A stretch of 52,078 nt of DNA, counting the filler, from Catajapyx aquilonaris (taxonomy: Eukaryota), in NCBI GenBank assembly GCA_000934665.2. It is 2 parts of 2 records of this genome, joined end to end, with 100 filler letters (N's around TTAATTAATTAA, not from the genome) between each part and the next. Parts side by side here need not be neighbours in the genome. Positions count along the whole stretch, not along the records: positions 26,090 to 52,078 come from JYFJ02005274.1; 1 more part is not named here. One strand, 5' to 3'. The translations under genes and the position numbers were made by a program. Position 1 is the stretch's first letter. Each line of letters starts with the position of its first letter. Shown in pieces: positions 34,682 to 45,768 of this stretch. A model generated the notes under the pieces. The model made no database searches, had not been told where the DNA came from, and saw nothing but the letters and a program-made list of their open reading frames with translations.

Positions 34682-36736
34682 ATCTATATGCTCGAAGATG
34701 AAAAAATCTGCGCATGACCGTCATGCAAGGTCTGACCAGTTGTATAACGGCAAGTTACCTAGAGCACGTGAAGTTATGTAGGTATATACAGTATGTGCGT
34801 TTCAGAACTACGTTTGTAACGAAATTTTTGTTGTTGAAAAGTACATTAGTTCTAAAATAGAGTGACCCACTTGAAAGGTGAACGAGTGACAATCGTATTC
34901 CGATTTTTTTACCAAGATCAATGTGAGCTCAGTTATGAAACACGCGGTGTGCTTGCTTGAAGAAACCTACTATTTTCGTTATGCAAGTTCATGTACTACG
35001 TATTAGTTTTAAGTGCATAATACACGTACACATGATTTTAGTGGAAAGGTTGGATTGTTGCATTATTTTTATAGGGCTAAAATCTTTGAAATATAACCTG
35101 TACAGTATATCAAAAATTGGCGTGTGACTGATGCATCAGGAAACGTCCATTGGCTTGTAACGAAAATATGATTCGTCAATAAATTTGCATAATAATTATA
35201 TGCATTATTGTGGAGTAGAGTGATGTAATATCATAAAACAAGTTTTTCCATATACCCATTACTAAACATGTCAGTAATAACGATAAGCACACAGGTTTTG
35301 CTTCCTGAGCTATCACTTACATCAATCTCTCTCACTGATAACTGATGTGTTTAGAAATATTCCCCCGGGAAATATTTGGCAAATATTTCAGTCTGTTTTC
35401 CTGGATTAACAAAAAAACCATGTACATAATCTTAGTGTGAAACAACAGTTACGTGAATACTTATCGTATGATTTATGTGGTTTATGAAGTTTATGGATGT
35501 AAATCCTGATTTAATCCTTTGTTTTCACTCTACTTATCGTTTCTTCTCAGCAAATAGAAGGCTAAATGGTTTTTTTCAGGCGTGACGTCACAGTGTAGGG
35601 CATTTTAAAACACAAATAAAATATATTAAAATACCAAATGACCAAAATTATTAGACTGGCGGTTTTATTGGAAAAAGTATAATTATTTTGTGCCATACAC
35701 ACAGTTCGTTTATTACAATAATACATTGCGTTATGTTAAATATGAAGTAGTAGGCTAACAACAAAGTTTTTTCAGAGTACGGCTAGTTCATATGTAAGCT
35801 AATTTCAAACCCATCTAAAACCTGCTATTTTCTACCAGTAACCTTCGGGACAACCGTTAATTTGCATCTCAAATCATACAGTAATTAATGACTCACCGTA
35901 TTTAATTGTGAGTATGCAAAAATGGTAAGCCTTTCACTCGGGTGCTTCTGACAAGTCCCAAGGTTACGTACAGTATATTCACTCGAAGCCACTAGAGTGA
36001 ATGACATAATCAGTTGATGATCATATTAACAGGATGATACTCACATTTTGATTGAAATTTGATTGTGTAATATAGTCATTGATGTGTACATCTAAATATT
36101 AGGCCAGTTATTTGAAATTTAAAAAAAAAAACGAAAATTAATATTTTCGGCTATGTCAGAAAAATAAGCACAGCATTTTCCAACGTAAAAATATTTCACT
36201 TTTATAATTTTTAATGATAATATAACCTAGTAATGTTCGTACATAGTAACACGTCATAAAAATTTGTGAGTTCTGATCGCTTTACTATTCCCAGGGTCAT
36301 GTCGTAACTACAAAAAAATTATGCAATTGGCCCTTCCTTTACCAGACACGATTAGTTAAACATGAAAGTAGCGTGCACAGTGCGAGTTGTGTAATTATTC
36401 AGAAAAAGTTCACATTTCCTGCATTGAAGCCTATAATTTTTTTGAGAATTTTTTTTGCAATCTCAGGTAATACGCAGTAAGGACCAGGTCTTGCTACTGA
36501 ATCGTTGTGCAATCTTAGTCATGTTGTAAAATATGTAAGGAGGAAAATAATTGCATGATATTACTTATAAGAGATGTGGATTGTTTATTAGACATGTTTA
36601 CTTACAATTAATCCGCTACACCTGATCTGGGATTACGCCAACATGACATATAAAAACTTGTAATTAGCATGTAAATACTTGATTATAATCAGAGAATTTC
36701 CGATATTTTAGTTAATGAGTAATGTATAGAAAAAAT

Positions 36737-38041
36737 TTAATCAAACGCTCCCCATTCATCCATTTCACTATAAAATTCAATCAATCTGTCCCTCACTCTG
36801 GGATCATACATGCACTTGATCACTTCCGCCACAACTTCCGGCATATCTTCTACGCATGCGCCTGCCTCTAGGGCTTCCGACTCCGAAAACTTGACCGGAA
36901 ACACGTCATCAGGCACGACATAATCCATCCTGGTGTTGTCCCACCACTGAAGAGCTATTGCAAATGACATGTGAATCAACTGGGATGGCAGCTCCTTACG
37001 CATAAGCTGCATCAAATAGTCAAGGGTCAGATGGTCAGTATCTGTGACCCCGAGGTCATGCAGGCTGCTTTTGAAAGAGTTCAAGTATGCTCCAAGCAAA
37101 TCATCCAAGTTTTTTCGTCTGAACTCTGTCAAAGTACTGGTGAATAAGAAATAGCAGAGGTCAACAGCCAGTGACACTGTTCGGGTCAACTGGAAGTCCA
37201 GAAACTTGACCTCAACAGGATCCGGGCCGTTGTATCTAAACATGATGTTGTTGACCCAGAGGTCACCCAGGCAGATAACTCGAACAGGGTCGTCTGCTCG
37301 TACGTACGGCTCTGCGATGACAGTTGGTGTGCGGCGCTTGAACTTTGACATTTTGGAGGCCAACAGCGGGTCATATCGTTTCACCATGTCCACAACCGCG
37401 TAGTATACAAGGTACCAGACACCTTTCAAGTCAGTTTGGTTAGGTCCGTCCCACATACTCTCATCCAAAAGCCCCGGAAACAATTCACCTAACTTCTTCT
37501 CTGGAAAGGTCAATCCAATAGCATAGCTTGTAGCATGGAATTGCGCAACTTTGCATAATGTCAGCCTGCATTGTTCGTATGACAAACCGGCATACTTGTC
37601 AGCAACGTGGTACCCTTTGATCTTCAGATCCTCCAGAACTATGTAGCTTTTACCATCATCGTCTGAGGATATGTAATGGCGAGGAAAACATGGCGAAATA
37701 GTGTCTTTCATGCCTCGGTCTGTTTGAAATTTTTTAATGTATGGGAGTATGGACGTGTACATTCCTATTTCCTTATGGTAGAACCTCCCTTGAGTTGCTA
37801 CTTTCTTCACGAATCCAACATCGGTCACTAATCTCTTCAGGTACAGGTCGTGCACTTGTTCAATTCCATCGATTTTCACTACTATTTGGAAGGTCTGGAG
37901 AGTACTTGTGAAGTTGTTCACTCCCCTACCAGTTGAGGAATTTTCGACGAAATTCACAAGTTCAACAGATTGTCCATCAGGGAAACCTTCGCGACACAAT
38001 CTCTGCATGATTTCACGTCCGAATTCACTTACTGCCGACAT
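36737..38041 (-). CDS. EcKL/CHK kinase-like protein, paralogue 5 (434 aa, intronless CDS)
   Basis: GVNNFTS, FYHKEIGMY, LEDL, VAQFHA, variant Brenner motif LGDLWVNN, LDFQ; short 5'UTR intron (~38046-38109) and TATAAA at 38208-38213. Confidence 0.92.
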   Translation of the reverse strand: MSAVSEFGREIMQRLCREGFPDGQSVELVNFVENSSTGRGVNNFTSTLQTFQIVVKIDGIEQVHDLYLKRLVTDVGFVKKVATQGRFYHKEIGMYTSILPYIKKFQTDRGMKDTISPCFPRHYISSDDDGKSYIVLEDLKIKGYHVADKYAGLSYEQCRLTLCKVAQFHATSYAIGLTFPEKKLGELFPGLLDESMWDGPNQTDLKGVWYLVYYAVVDMVKRYDPLLASKMSKFKRRTPTVIAEPYVRADDPVRVICLGDLWVNNIMFRYNGPDPVEVKFLDFQLTRTVSLAVDLCYFLFTSTLTEFRRKNLDDLLGAYLNSFKSSLHDLGVTDTDHLTLDYLMQLMRKELPSQLIHMSFAIALQWWDNTRMDYVVPDDVFPVKFSESEALEAGACVEDMPEVVAEVIKCMYDPRVRDRLIEFYSEMDEWGAFD

Positions 38042-38915
38042 TTTCTACAAAATTAAGAAACATGACATTGTGTTGTCAGTTATGTGGTTGTAAAAAGATG
38101 TGTACTTACTTACTGTTGAAAAACTGAAAATGTTGCCTGATTCCTGTTGAACCGTCTTGTTTCAAGCCTGGTGACCAAATGGAAAAAAATGTTGACAACA
38201 TTGAGGCTTTATATGCAGCTTAGATCTGACCCTATTAGGGTCAAGAGATAATGCACTTCTGACGCAACTGCTTCTGGGATTAAAATGTCATAGATCTTCA
38301 CAGAACTAGAAGTTATCAATAAGTTATTCATTATTGGCTTCCACTAGATGCACATAGCTGAAAAAAGATGGACATATTTTTTTCACTTACTATCTTGACC
38401 CAACATGATTTTTTTTTGCTTCTTATCCATCTCAACTGCCAACTTTAGACGTTATGAAAGGACAGTAGTGTCGTTCAGGAACATTAATTCAGTTTTCAAG
38501 TGTTTTCACTCAGTGTTTGACTTACGAGACGAAACTAAAGTAGTTGTATCCACCAGAGTTACTGTTACGGTGAAAATGGGAAAATTACCTTATATTTTTT
38601 ACCTTTGAAAAAATTCATATATCATAACACTTTTATTGATTGCTGATTTATTGCCATTTAATACCAAAAGGGTTTCAATACGTAAATATCAGGTGAGGAT
38701 CATCACAGATTACTTAAAAATAGTATCGCAATTTGTAATGATCCTAATTGCATAATACAGAGCAAATACAAGTTGGAAGACGTCATGAAAACTGTCATGG
38801 TCAGTACAAAATATCAGTAACCATCTTACAGGAACGGTTTCAGAGCAGCTAATACAATTATTTTGAACACTGATTAAGGCAATATATCCCTATCATGAAA
38901 AAATCACAGCCTCGT

Positions 38916-40238
38916 TTATATAACCCCCAAATCGCTCATTTCGACAAAAAACTCAATCAGCCTGGACTGAACCTGTGGCAGGTACATAATTTTGGTCAAA
39001 TTAGCCGCCATTCCCAGCTGCCCTTGCTTCAAATGGGGATCCGCCTTGGCATCAGCTTCCTTCCACTCGTCCGGTATGGCCAGATCGAAAACATCGTTGT
39101 CCTCAGAGTTACCCTGGTTCACATCAGTAGATGCATCTTTAGGATCCCCTGCCAGCTGCATAGGCATTGCGAAGGGCATGTACACCAAAGCGTACGGCAT
39201 AGCATCTCTCATCTTCTGCACCAGGTACTCCAAAGTCAGCTTCGGTGACACCTCGACCTGGAGGTGCTTCAGAGTGGATATGTAACTCTCATAATATACC
39301 TGGAGGAAGGTACGGTAATGTTGTTTTCTAAGGTCACTTGTGGTGCTGGTGTATAGGAAATATGTAAGGTCAGTGGTGACTGAGGAAGGGCGAATCATCT
39401 GGAAGTCCACGAACCGGACATCGACAGGTACTCCATTCTTGTACGAGTACAGGATATTGTTGAACCAGAAGTCACCGTGGATTATGGTGCTGAGGAACTC
39501 ATCTTTGGCTCCCCACTGTCCCATCGTTATGGCGTAGGTATCATCTTTGTACTTTGCCATCTTCTGAGCCAGATCCGGATCGACGCTCTTGACCATACTC
39601 ACACCACCGTAGTAACAACCAGTGAACATATAGTAGCCCATCTTGAACATATCAGCGTTAGCCATTTTGTCCTCCAAAAATGGAAACTTCTGACAGATAT
39701 CTTTGTGTGCATCCAGTACAGCATGACCTATTGCATGAAATTTAGCCAACTCTTTAAGAGCCAGAACCACCTCTTCGTAGGTCAGAAACAGTTGCTTGGT
39801 AGTTCCAAACCCATTAACCCCAACATGTTCCAATACTATGTACGTCCTATCATCATTAACCTCCGAATCATAATACTTAGGAAGCGCCAAAGACAACGGG
39901 GTCACACCCCTATTATTCTGAAACTCCTCCAAAAATGGCACCCATTCTGTGTAAATCCCTACTTCCTTTTGATACACCTGAGCATTTTTGACCCACTCCT
40001 TAACCATCTCACTAGCTTCGTACATATCCTTTCGGAACAGACAATGTGTTTCTTCTTGGCCATCCACATTAGCCTTGACCTTATATGTGGCCAAGGTGCT
40101 AGTGGCACTGCTACCCAGATCATCATTTCCGGTTCCGTTGTCTGTCGAGATGATTTCCACTTTGGCTCCAGGCTGCTTACACTGCACGTGTTTCTTCACC
40201 GCGTTGCCAATAATGTCAAGGCTCATCTTGTCGGTCAT
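38916..40238 (-). CDS. EcKL/CHK kinase-like protein, paralogue 6 (440 aa, intronless CDS)
   Basis: First ATG (MTDKMSL) after splice acceptor TTCAATAG|; YQKEVGIY, LAKFHA, HGDFWFNN, VDFQ. Confidence 0.92.
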   Translation of the reverse strand: MTDKMSLDIIGNAVKKHVQCKQPGAKVEIISTDNGTGNDDLGSSATSTLATYKVKANVDGQEETHCLFRKDMYEASEMVKEWVKNAQVYQKEVGIYTEWVPFLEEFQNNRGVTPLSLALPKYYDSEVNDDRTYIVLEHVGVNGFGTTKQLFLTYEEVVLALKELAKFHAIGHAVLDAHKDICQKFPFLEDKMANADMFKMGYYMFTGCYYGGVSMVKSVDPDLAQKMAKYKDDTYAITMGQWGAKDEFLSTIIHGDFWFNNILYSYKNGVPVDVRFVDFQMIRPSSVTTDLTYFLYTSTTSDLRKQHYRTFLQVYYESYISTLKHLQVEVSPKLTLEYLVQKMRDAMPYALVYMPFAMPMQLAGDPKDASTDVNQGNSEDNDVFDLAIPDEWKEADAKADPHLKQGQLGMAANLTKIMYLPQVQSRLIEFFVEMSDLGVI

Positions 40239-41185
40239 TTTTTGGTCCAAAACCTATTGAAACAGTGACATTAGTAATAGCCAAAATTTCCACATTTATT
40301 ACTATGTATATCGTTAGGCTACGTAATTCAAGCATGCCTTACTTGCCAAAAGAAGTGAACAACCTTCACAAGGTCAGCTATCTATATTTAGTGGCTCAAA
40401 CTACCCCCCAAAAACGTCTCCACTTACTAGTACAGGCTCCAATAAAATAATCTGACACCACCTCAACGTAGCTCCGACCCTGAGAGAAATAATCACATCG
40501 ACAAAAGGGACGTGTAACTGCGCACGATGCACATCGCGCAACTTCCTTAGGCCTTGAGCACTATTTTTTCCCCCCACTAAATTCTCCTACCCCCAAAAAA
40601 GCGAACATCTGGCTTACCTCAATGCAAACACTACTGCCAACACACTGCGCCTGGCAGGAGAATCCTAGGTCTGGAATATGTAGAATCGATTTGACAATAT
40701 CACTTTCACCTTGGCTCTCACTAGAATGAGGACACACGGTGGATGATAAGAGAAATTCTGAAGACGTTTTGTTATCTAGTTGGATAAGCGAACGATGGAA
40801 CATATATTTCAAACTGAACCAGTTAAGAAATTTTATAGCCCCATTATTTTTATAGCATACTGCCTTGTAAGCTCGTGGAGTGATCTAATGTGTGCTCATT
40901 GTATTGTTTTCTGATTGATAGCGCCATCAGCGGAGAATGTTGAATTGCGACATGCCCACGCATTCATGTTATCAAGGTATGTAGCCTATACACATGTGCT
41001 GTCAATAGGTTATTGGGTAAGTTAACTGAAAATAAGTGCTTATGCCAATATTATAACAAAATTCTGTAATAATTTGGGAATTAATATTTATATTCATATG
41101 CCAAGTCATATGGAGTCACTAAAGCGGATTAAATAATTTTATTTGGGGTCAAACCAATTTTATTCTGAATATTTCTGCCAGGGGT

Positions 41186-42478
41186 TTACAGGACACCAAA
41201 TTCGGCCATTTCTTCATAAAATTCCACCATTCGTTTCTTCACATGTGGAAGGTTCATGATTTTGGTTAGATTAGTTGCCATTTCCATTTGACCTTTCATG
41301 GCCGCCTCTTTCATTTCCTCCTCCGACATGGGCTGATCTTTAGCCATTCCACTTCTATCAGTTATGTTTTTCTTCGGATCACCAGCTAGTTGCATTGGCA
41401 TTGCAAATGGCATGAAGACTACAGCGCATGGCATAGCTTCCTTCAGACGTTGCATCAGATAATCAACGGTGAATTTTTGGGGCACATCGACACCAAGATG
41501 TCCCAGAGTGTTCACGTAGTTGTCGTAATACTTGCAGATAAAATCGGCGTAGTGGTCTTTCCTTAAGGAGCGAGTAGTGCTGGTGTACATGAAGTACGAG
41601 AGGTCCCAAGTGATTGTACCAACTCTGGACAATTGGAAATCCACAAACTTGGTGTTCTTAGGCACCCCATTGTTGTCGTATTGAAACAAAATATTGTTGA
41701 ACCAAAAATCTCCGTGGAGAACCGACGTAAGCAGCGGATCTTGGTCTTTCAAGTGCTTGAAATAAATTTCCAAGGGATTGTCCAAGTACTTGGTCATCTT
41801 CTTCCCCAACGAGGGGTCAACGGTGCTGACCGCATTTATGGCGCCACGGAGGCACTCGACGAACATTGAAGCGCCTTTTTGTTCAAATTCTTCCTGGGTC
41901 ATCATATTTTTAAGAAACGGAAATGTTTGGAGAATATTGTCCTTGTGGACATCCACAATCGCGTGACCAATAGCATGCAATTTTGCCAATTCCTTAATGG
42001 CCACAACCACCTCGTCGTAGGTCAGGAACAGTTCCTTGGTAATTCTAAACCCGTCCACTCCAACGTTGTCAAGTATTAAGTAACTGGTGTCCTCATTAAC
42101 CTCCGAATCGTAATACTCAGGCACAGCCAGGGTCAAAGGCTTCACCTTCTTCTGCTTCTGGAAGTCCTCCAGAAATGGCAACCACTGGGTGTAAATCCCA
42201 ACTTCTTTTTGGTAAACCTGTGCATTTTTAACAAACTCTTTAACTCCTTCGCTGGCCTCGTACATGTCCTTCCGAAACAGGTAGTGCGTCTCCACGTTGT
42301 CGTTCACGTTCGCCGTGACCTTGAAAGTGCTTAGTGAGCTGGTGGCACTGGTGCCCATGTCGTCTTTTCCGATCCAATTTTCCGAAGACAGAATTTCGAC
42401 TCGGGCATCTGGTTTTTTTGACAAGACGTATTTCTTCACTGCATTTCCGACTGTGGTGAGGGTGTCGTGAGAAGACAT
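41186..42478 (-). CDS. EcKL/CHK kinase-like protein, paralogue 7 (430 aa, intronless CDS)
   Basis: Start MSSHD in ACCATG context after acceptor TTTTTTTGACTAG| (the track's ATG at 42526 is probably intronic); LAKLHA, HGDFWFNN, VDFQ; closest to paralogue 6. Confidence 0.92.
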   Translation of the reverse strand: MSSHDTLTTVGNAVKKYVLSKKPDARVEILSSENWIGKDDMGTSATSSLSTFKVTANVNDNVETHYLFRKDMYEASEGVKEFVKNAQVYQKEVGIYTQWLPFLEDFQKQKKVKPLTLAVPEYYDSEVNEDTSYLILDNVGVDGFRITKELFLTYDEVVVAIKELAKLHAIGHAIVDVHKDNILQTFPFLKNMMTQEEFEQKGASMFVECLRGAINAVSTVDPSLGKKMTKYLDNPLEIYFKHLKDQDPLLTSVLHGDFWFNNILFQYDNNGVPKNTKFVDFQLSRVGTITWDLSYFMYTSTTRSLRKDHYADFICKYYDNYVNTLGHLGVDVPQKFTVDYLMQRLKEAMPCAVVFMPFAMPMQLAGDPKKNITDRSGMAKDQPMSEEEMKEAAMKGQMEMATNLTKIMNLPHVKKRMVEFYEEMAEFGVL

Positions 42479-42575
42479 GGTGGTTGGAGAGCTAGTCAAA
42501 AAAAATAGGTAGACTATGTTAATCATCTTGCATCATATTCAGTAAGGGCACTAGCCTGGACTACAAATTTAAATA

Positions 42576-42980
42576 CACACAGAAAAATGGCCACGTCAGG
42601 TGACACGCTAGGGTAGTCAGGTGACGATATCCAGTTTGACTTGCCAAGCAGAGTCAGTTCACTCTCCAAACAAGTCGCCTGACACCTCAGGGGAGTCAAA
42701 GGACCACCCTCCCCGAACTGCTCTGACTATCATGGCGTGTCCACTGATGAGTTCGGGGAGGGGTGGTCCTTTGACTCGCCAGGATGGTCGAGGGACTCCC
42801 CAGGGTCATCAGTGGACCCGCCAGGATAGTCAGAGCAGTTCGGGGAGGGTGGTCCTTTGACTCCCCTGAGGTGTCAGACGACTTGTTTGGAGAGTGAACT
42901 GACTCTGCTTGGCAAGTCAAACTGGATATCGTCACCTGACTACCATAGCGTGTCACCTGACGCAGCTATTTTTCTGTGTG
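42576..42980. mobile_element. Palindromic CMC/EnSpm-like MITE (CAC...GTG, TA TSD)
   Basis: TA-CACACAGAAAAAT ... ATTTTTCTGTGTG-TA; ~170-bp inverted arms. Confidence 0.85.
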
Positions 42981-43074
42981 TACGATTTTTCCTTATGCAG
43001 TATATGCACAGAGAAACTTATTGTTTACTTATAATATTTTAAATCTACTTTAGAGTGGCACCAGTTGCAAATGG

Positions 43075-43160
43075 CCCCAGTCTGGGCAGTGCACTGCCCA
43101 GGCTGGGCCCAGCAAAATGCCAGGCTGGGCCCAGCAAACTGCCAGGCTGGGCCCAGCAAA
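43075..43160. repeat. Short tandem/inverted GC-rich repeat (TGCCAGGCTGGGCCCAGCAAA), probably a MITE subterminal relic
   Basis: Three ~22-bp units visible. Confidence 0.65.
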
Positions 43161-44010
43161 AAATATACGATACTGTATTTGAAATCTTGAGAGTAACTCA
43201 CTGGAACTTGCACAATGTACCAACCAGTTGCTTATATCTTGGTCTTTGATTTTTGGTGAGTTAGACAAAGTGCGTAGATCTGCAGGATTTTTTTGAGCAA
43301 CTGAATACTGATCCTTCTTTTTCTCACGGCACTTCTCGAAGAATCAGGATCTACTGTTTCAGATATAATCTGCTATGTTATCAGTGCGTGACATAGGTAC
43401 CATTGATTACCTAGTACCGGTACGCTCTTCCTTGATATGCATTGATATTCCCGTCCATCGTGTATTCATGGGTTACGTAATGCCCTCGAGGCCTTGACAG
43501 ATATATTAGATTAGGAGAGGACTCCTTCAAACAGGCTCTATCTACTAGACGTTACTAAGAGCATCAGTGGAGTTCCCGGAGTGAAAGGTAGGCTGCAACG
43601 TACTGTACATGCAGTGAATAAGTATTAAGGTGGAGTATGATAATTCAGGATTACACCGGTACGTCATTTAGAGGAAAGTGATAACCACCAGTAGTAAAAT
43701 AATTATTACCGCAGAGTAATATTTCTAGGAGGTATTGACAAAATGTACCAACAGATGGCCCTTGGTTAGGGGTATATCATTTAATGCTGAGCATCAGATG
43801 TACTTATGACCTTCAAATAGGCACAGAACTTTTGCAGGCTAAATATCCAGCTTTAGTAAGGTGCACACTTTTTTCTCTTTAAGAGTGGAACCTGGATACT
43901 TTATGACCTCACCTATACATAGATTATAAAGTATTTTATTCAGTAATTTCCATTATTCTCAGTAGCTACTTATTTTACAATATTTTTCCTCAAAACAGTT
44001 GAGTAGCAGT

Positions 44011-45768
44011 ATGGAGAGCAAGTGGCAATGCATTGTAGTAGGAGCAGGCATTCAGGGCTCATGGACTGCATATCACCTGGCTAAACGTGGATACAAGACC
44101 CTGCTTTTGGAACAAGTATGTGTACTGTATACATTGCAAATATTATTTGGAAACTGCATATTCAAAATCAGAGAGAAAGAGTGTGTAATTGATGTAATAT
44201 TTTTAGTTCCGTCTTCCACACACCAGAGGTAGCTCTCATGGACAGACTCGCGTAATCCGAAAAGCATATGAGGAAGATTTTCAAACCACGATGATGGTGC
44301 ACACCTACACCCTTTGGAGAGAACTGGAGAAGGAACAGGAGACTCAATTGATATAGTAAGTGCTAATATTAAAATCACACATGCTCTTTAAAGTGTTCCC
44401 AAAACCAAGATGCAAGACGGTCTCCATGAATTAGTTTTACTGACAATAACTACTAATGGCCGCTATTTATTTTTAATTAAGCCCAGTGGGACTTCTGTGC
44501 CTGGCTTCACCACTGGGTCACGAGGTCATGGAATCTGTTCGAAAATCACTCCATAAAAATCCATCTATTCAACACGAAGAGCTTACCTCCGACGATATTA
44601 GGCGAAGATTTCCACAGATCAAGTACGCCAGTTATTACAACGCCATCTTAGAACATGACGCTGGCATTATCCGTGCAGATCATGCCCTAAGAACTGTGCA
44701 GGTGAGTAATAATAAAATTAAAAAAATTTAAAAAAATTAAATACCCCGTGATAGGGCAGAGCCCTCCTGAGGGGGAAGGGGAGGTTCCCAAGAGAGGGAG
44801 CTGTAATTTTAATCATTTCTGACTGTGAAATACACCAGACCTTTTCTCCTGGCCCTGGGCAGAGTAGGGAGTGCAATTCCGCCCCAAAAATAATTAAATT
44901 ATTGTTGTCCAGACTGCTTTTCGTCAAAAAGGAGGAGTGATTCGAGACGGGTTCAAAGTAAGCAGCATAAGTCCAGGGAAACAAGTAGTGATCACTGGTG
45001 ATTCTGGAGAAGAAATAGTTGGCGACTCACTCGTGTTATGCCCTGGACCTTGGGCACCTCAGATTCTGAAGAAGCTCGACCTGAATCCACCACTGGTCAC
45101 TCTGGCTGTACCAGTCATGTACTTCAAAATCAGTGGACCCGACAAGTTTCTTCCATGTGCTTTCCTCGACTTCGATATTCACCATTCTACCTGGGTGCCT
45201 TATGGAATGCCTTGCTTTGAGTATCCAGGAATGGCTAAGGTACTAGTGCTAAATATTTTATAATAATTCAGATAGGTTAAACAATTTTAATTTCAGATCT
45301 GCATCCATGGTGGAACTCCGGCTGATCCAGATGACCGAGATAGATCATTACGAAAGACTGACCTGGTGCAATTACATACCTACTTAAGTAGTTACGTTAA
45401 TGCACATTTTCCTGGAGTTGATCCCAAGCCAGCTGTTATTGAGAGGTGTATGTACACGGTAAGGATATTGATATACTGCCTGGAAAAATAGCTGATTTTG
45501 TTGCTTACAGGTCACACCGGACGAGCTGTGCATCTTAGACAGTCATCCAATGTATTCTAATATCGCCATAGGATGCGGATTTTCAGGTGAGTGATAGAAA
45601 TAACCGTGGAAAAACATTTTCTCATTACTGTTATGATTTACAGGCACTGGATTTAAGATGTCGCCAATAGTAGGAGAAATCCTGGCAGATCTTGCAACCG
45701 GAAAGACACCTGTTCACGACATTGGTCCATTTTCTCTGAACAGATTTCCAAAACCAGCGAAACTGTAA
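44011..45768 (+). CDS. PIPOX: Peroxisomal sarcosine/L-pipecolate oxidase-like FAD oxidoreductase
   Basis: Seven phase-compatible exons: 44011-44115, 44207-44355, 44482-44701, 44913-45239, 45297-45458, 45511-45586, 45644-45768. Motifs: Rossmann [31 protein letters not shown] (covalent-FAD Cys), GFSGTGFK, and C-terminal PTS1 AKL. Confidence 0.93.

Noticed and set aside
39477..40268. 263-aa plus-strand ORF (also 33383-34000 and similar)
   Set aside because: Antisense shadows of EcKL coding sequence with no recognisable motifs
26419..42478. Operon-like or horizontally transferred bacterial kinase cluster (same strand, mostly intronless)
   Set aside because: Intergenic spacers are 0.4-2 kb with TATA boxes, Kozak contexts, spliceosomal 5'UTR introns and one coding intron; motifs are typical arthropod EcKL
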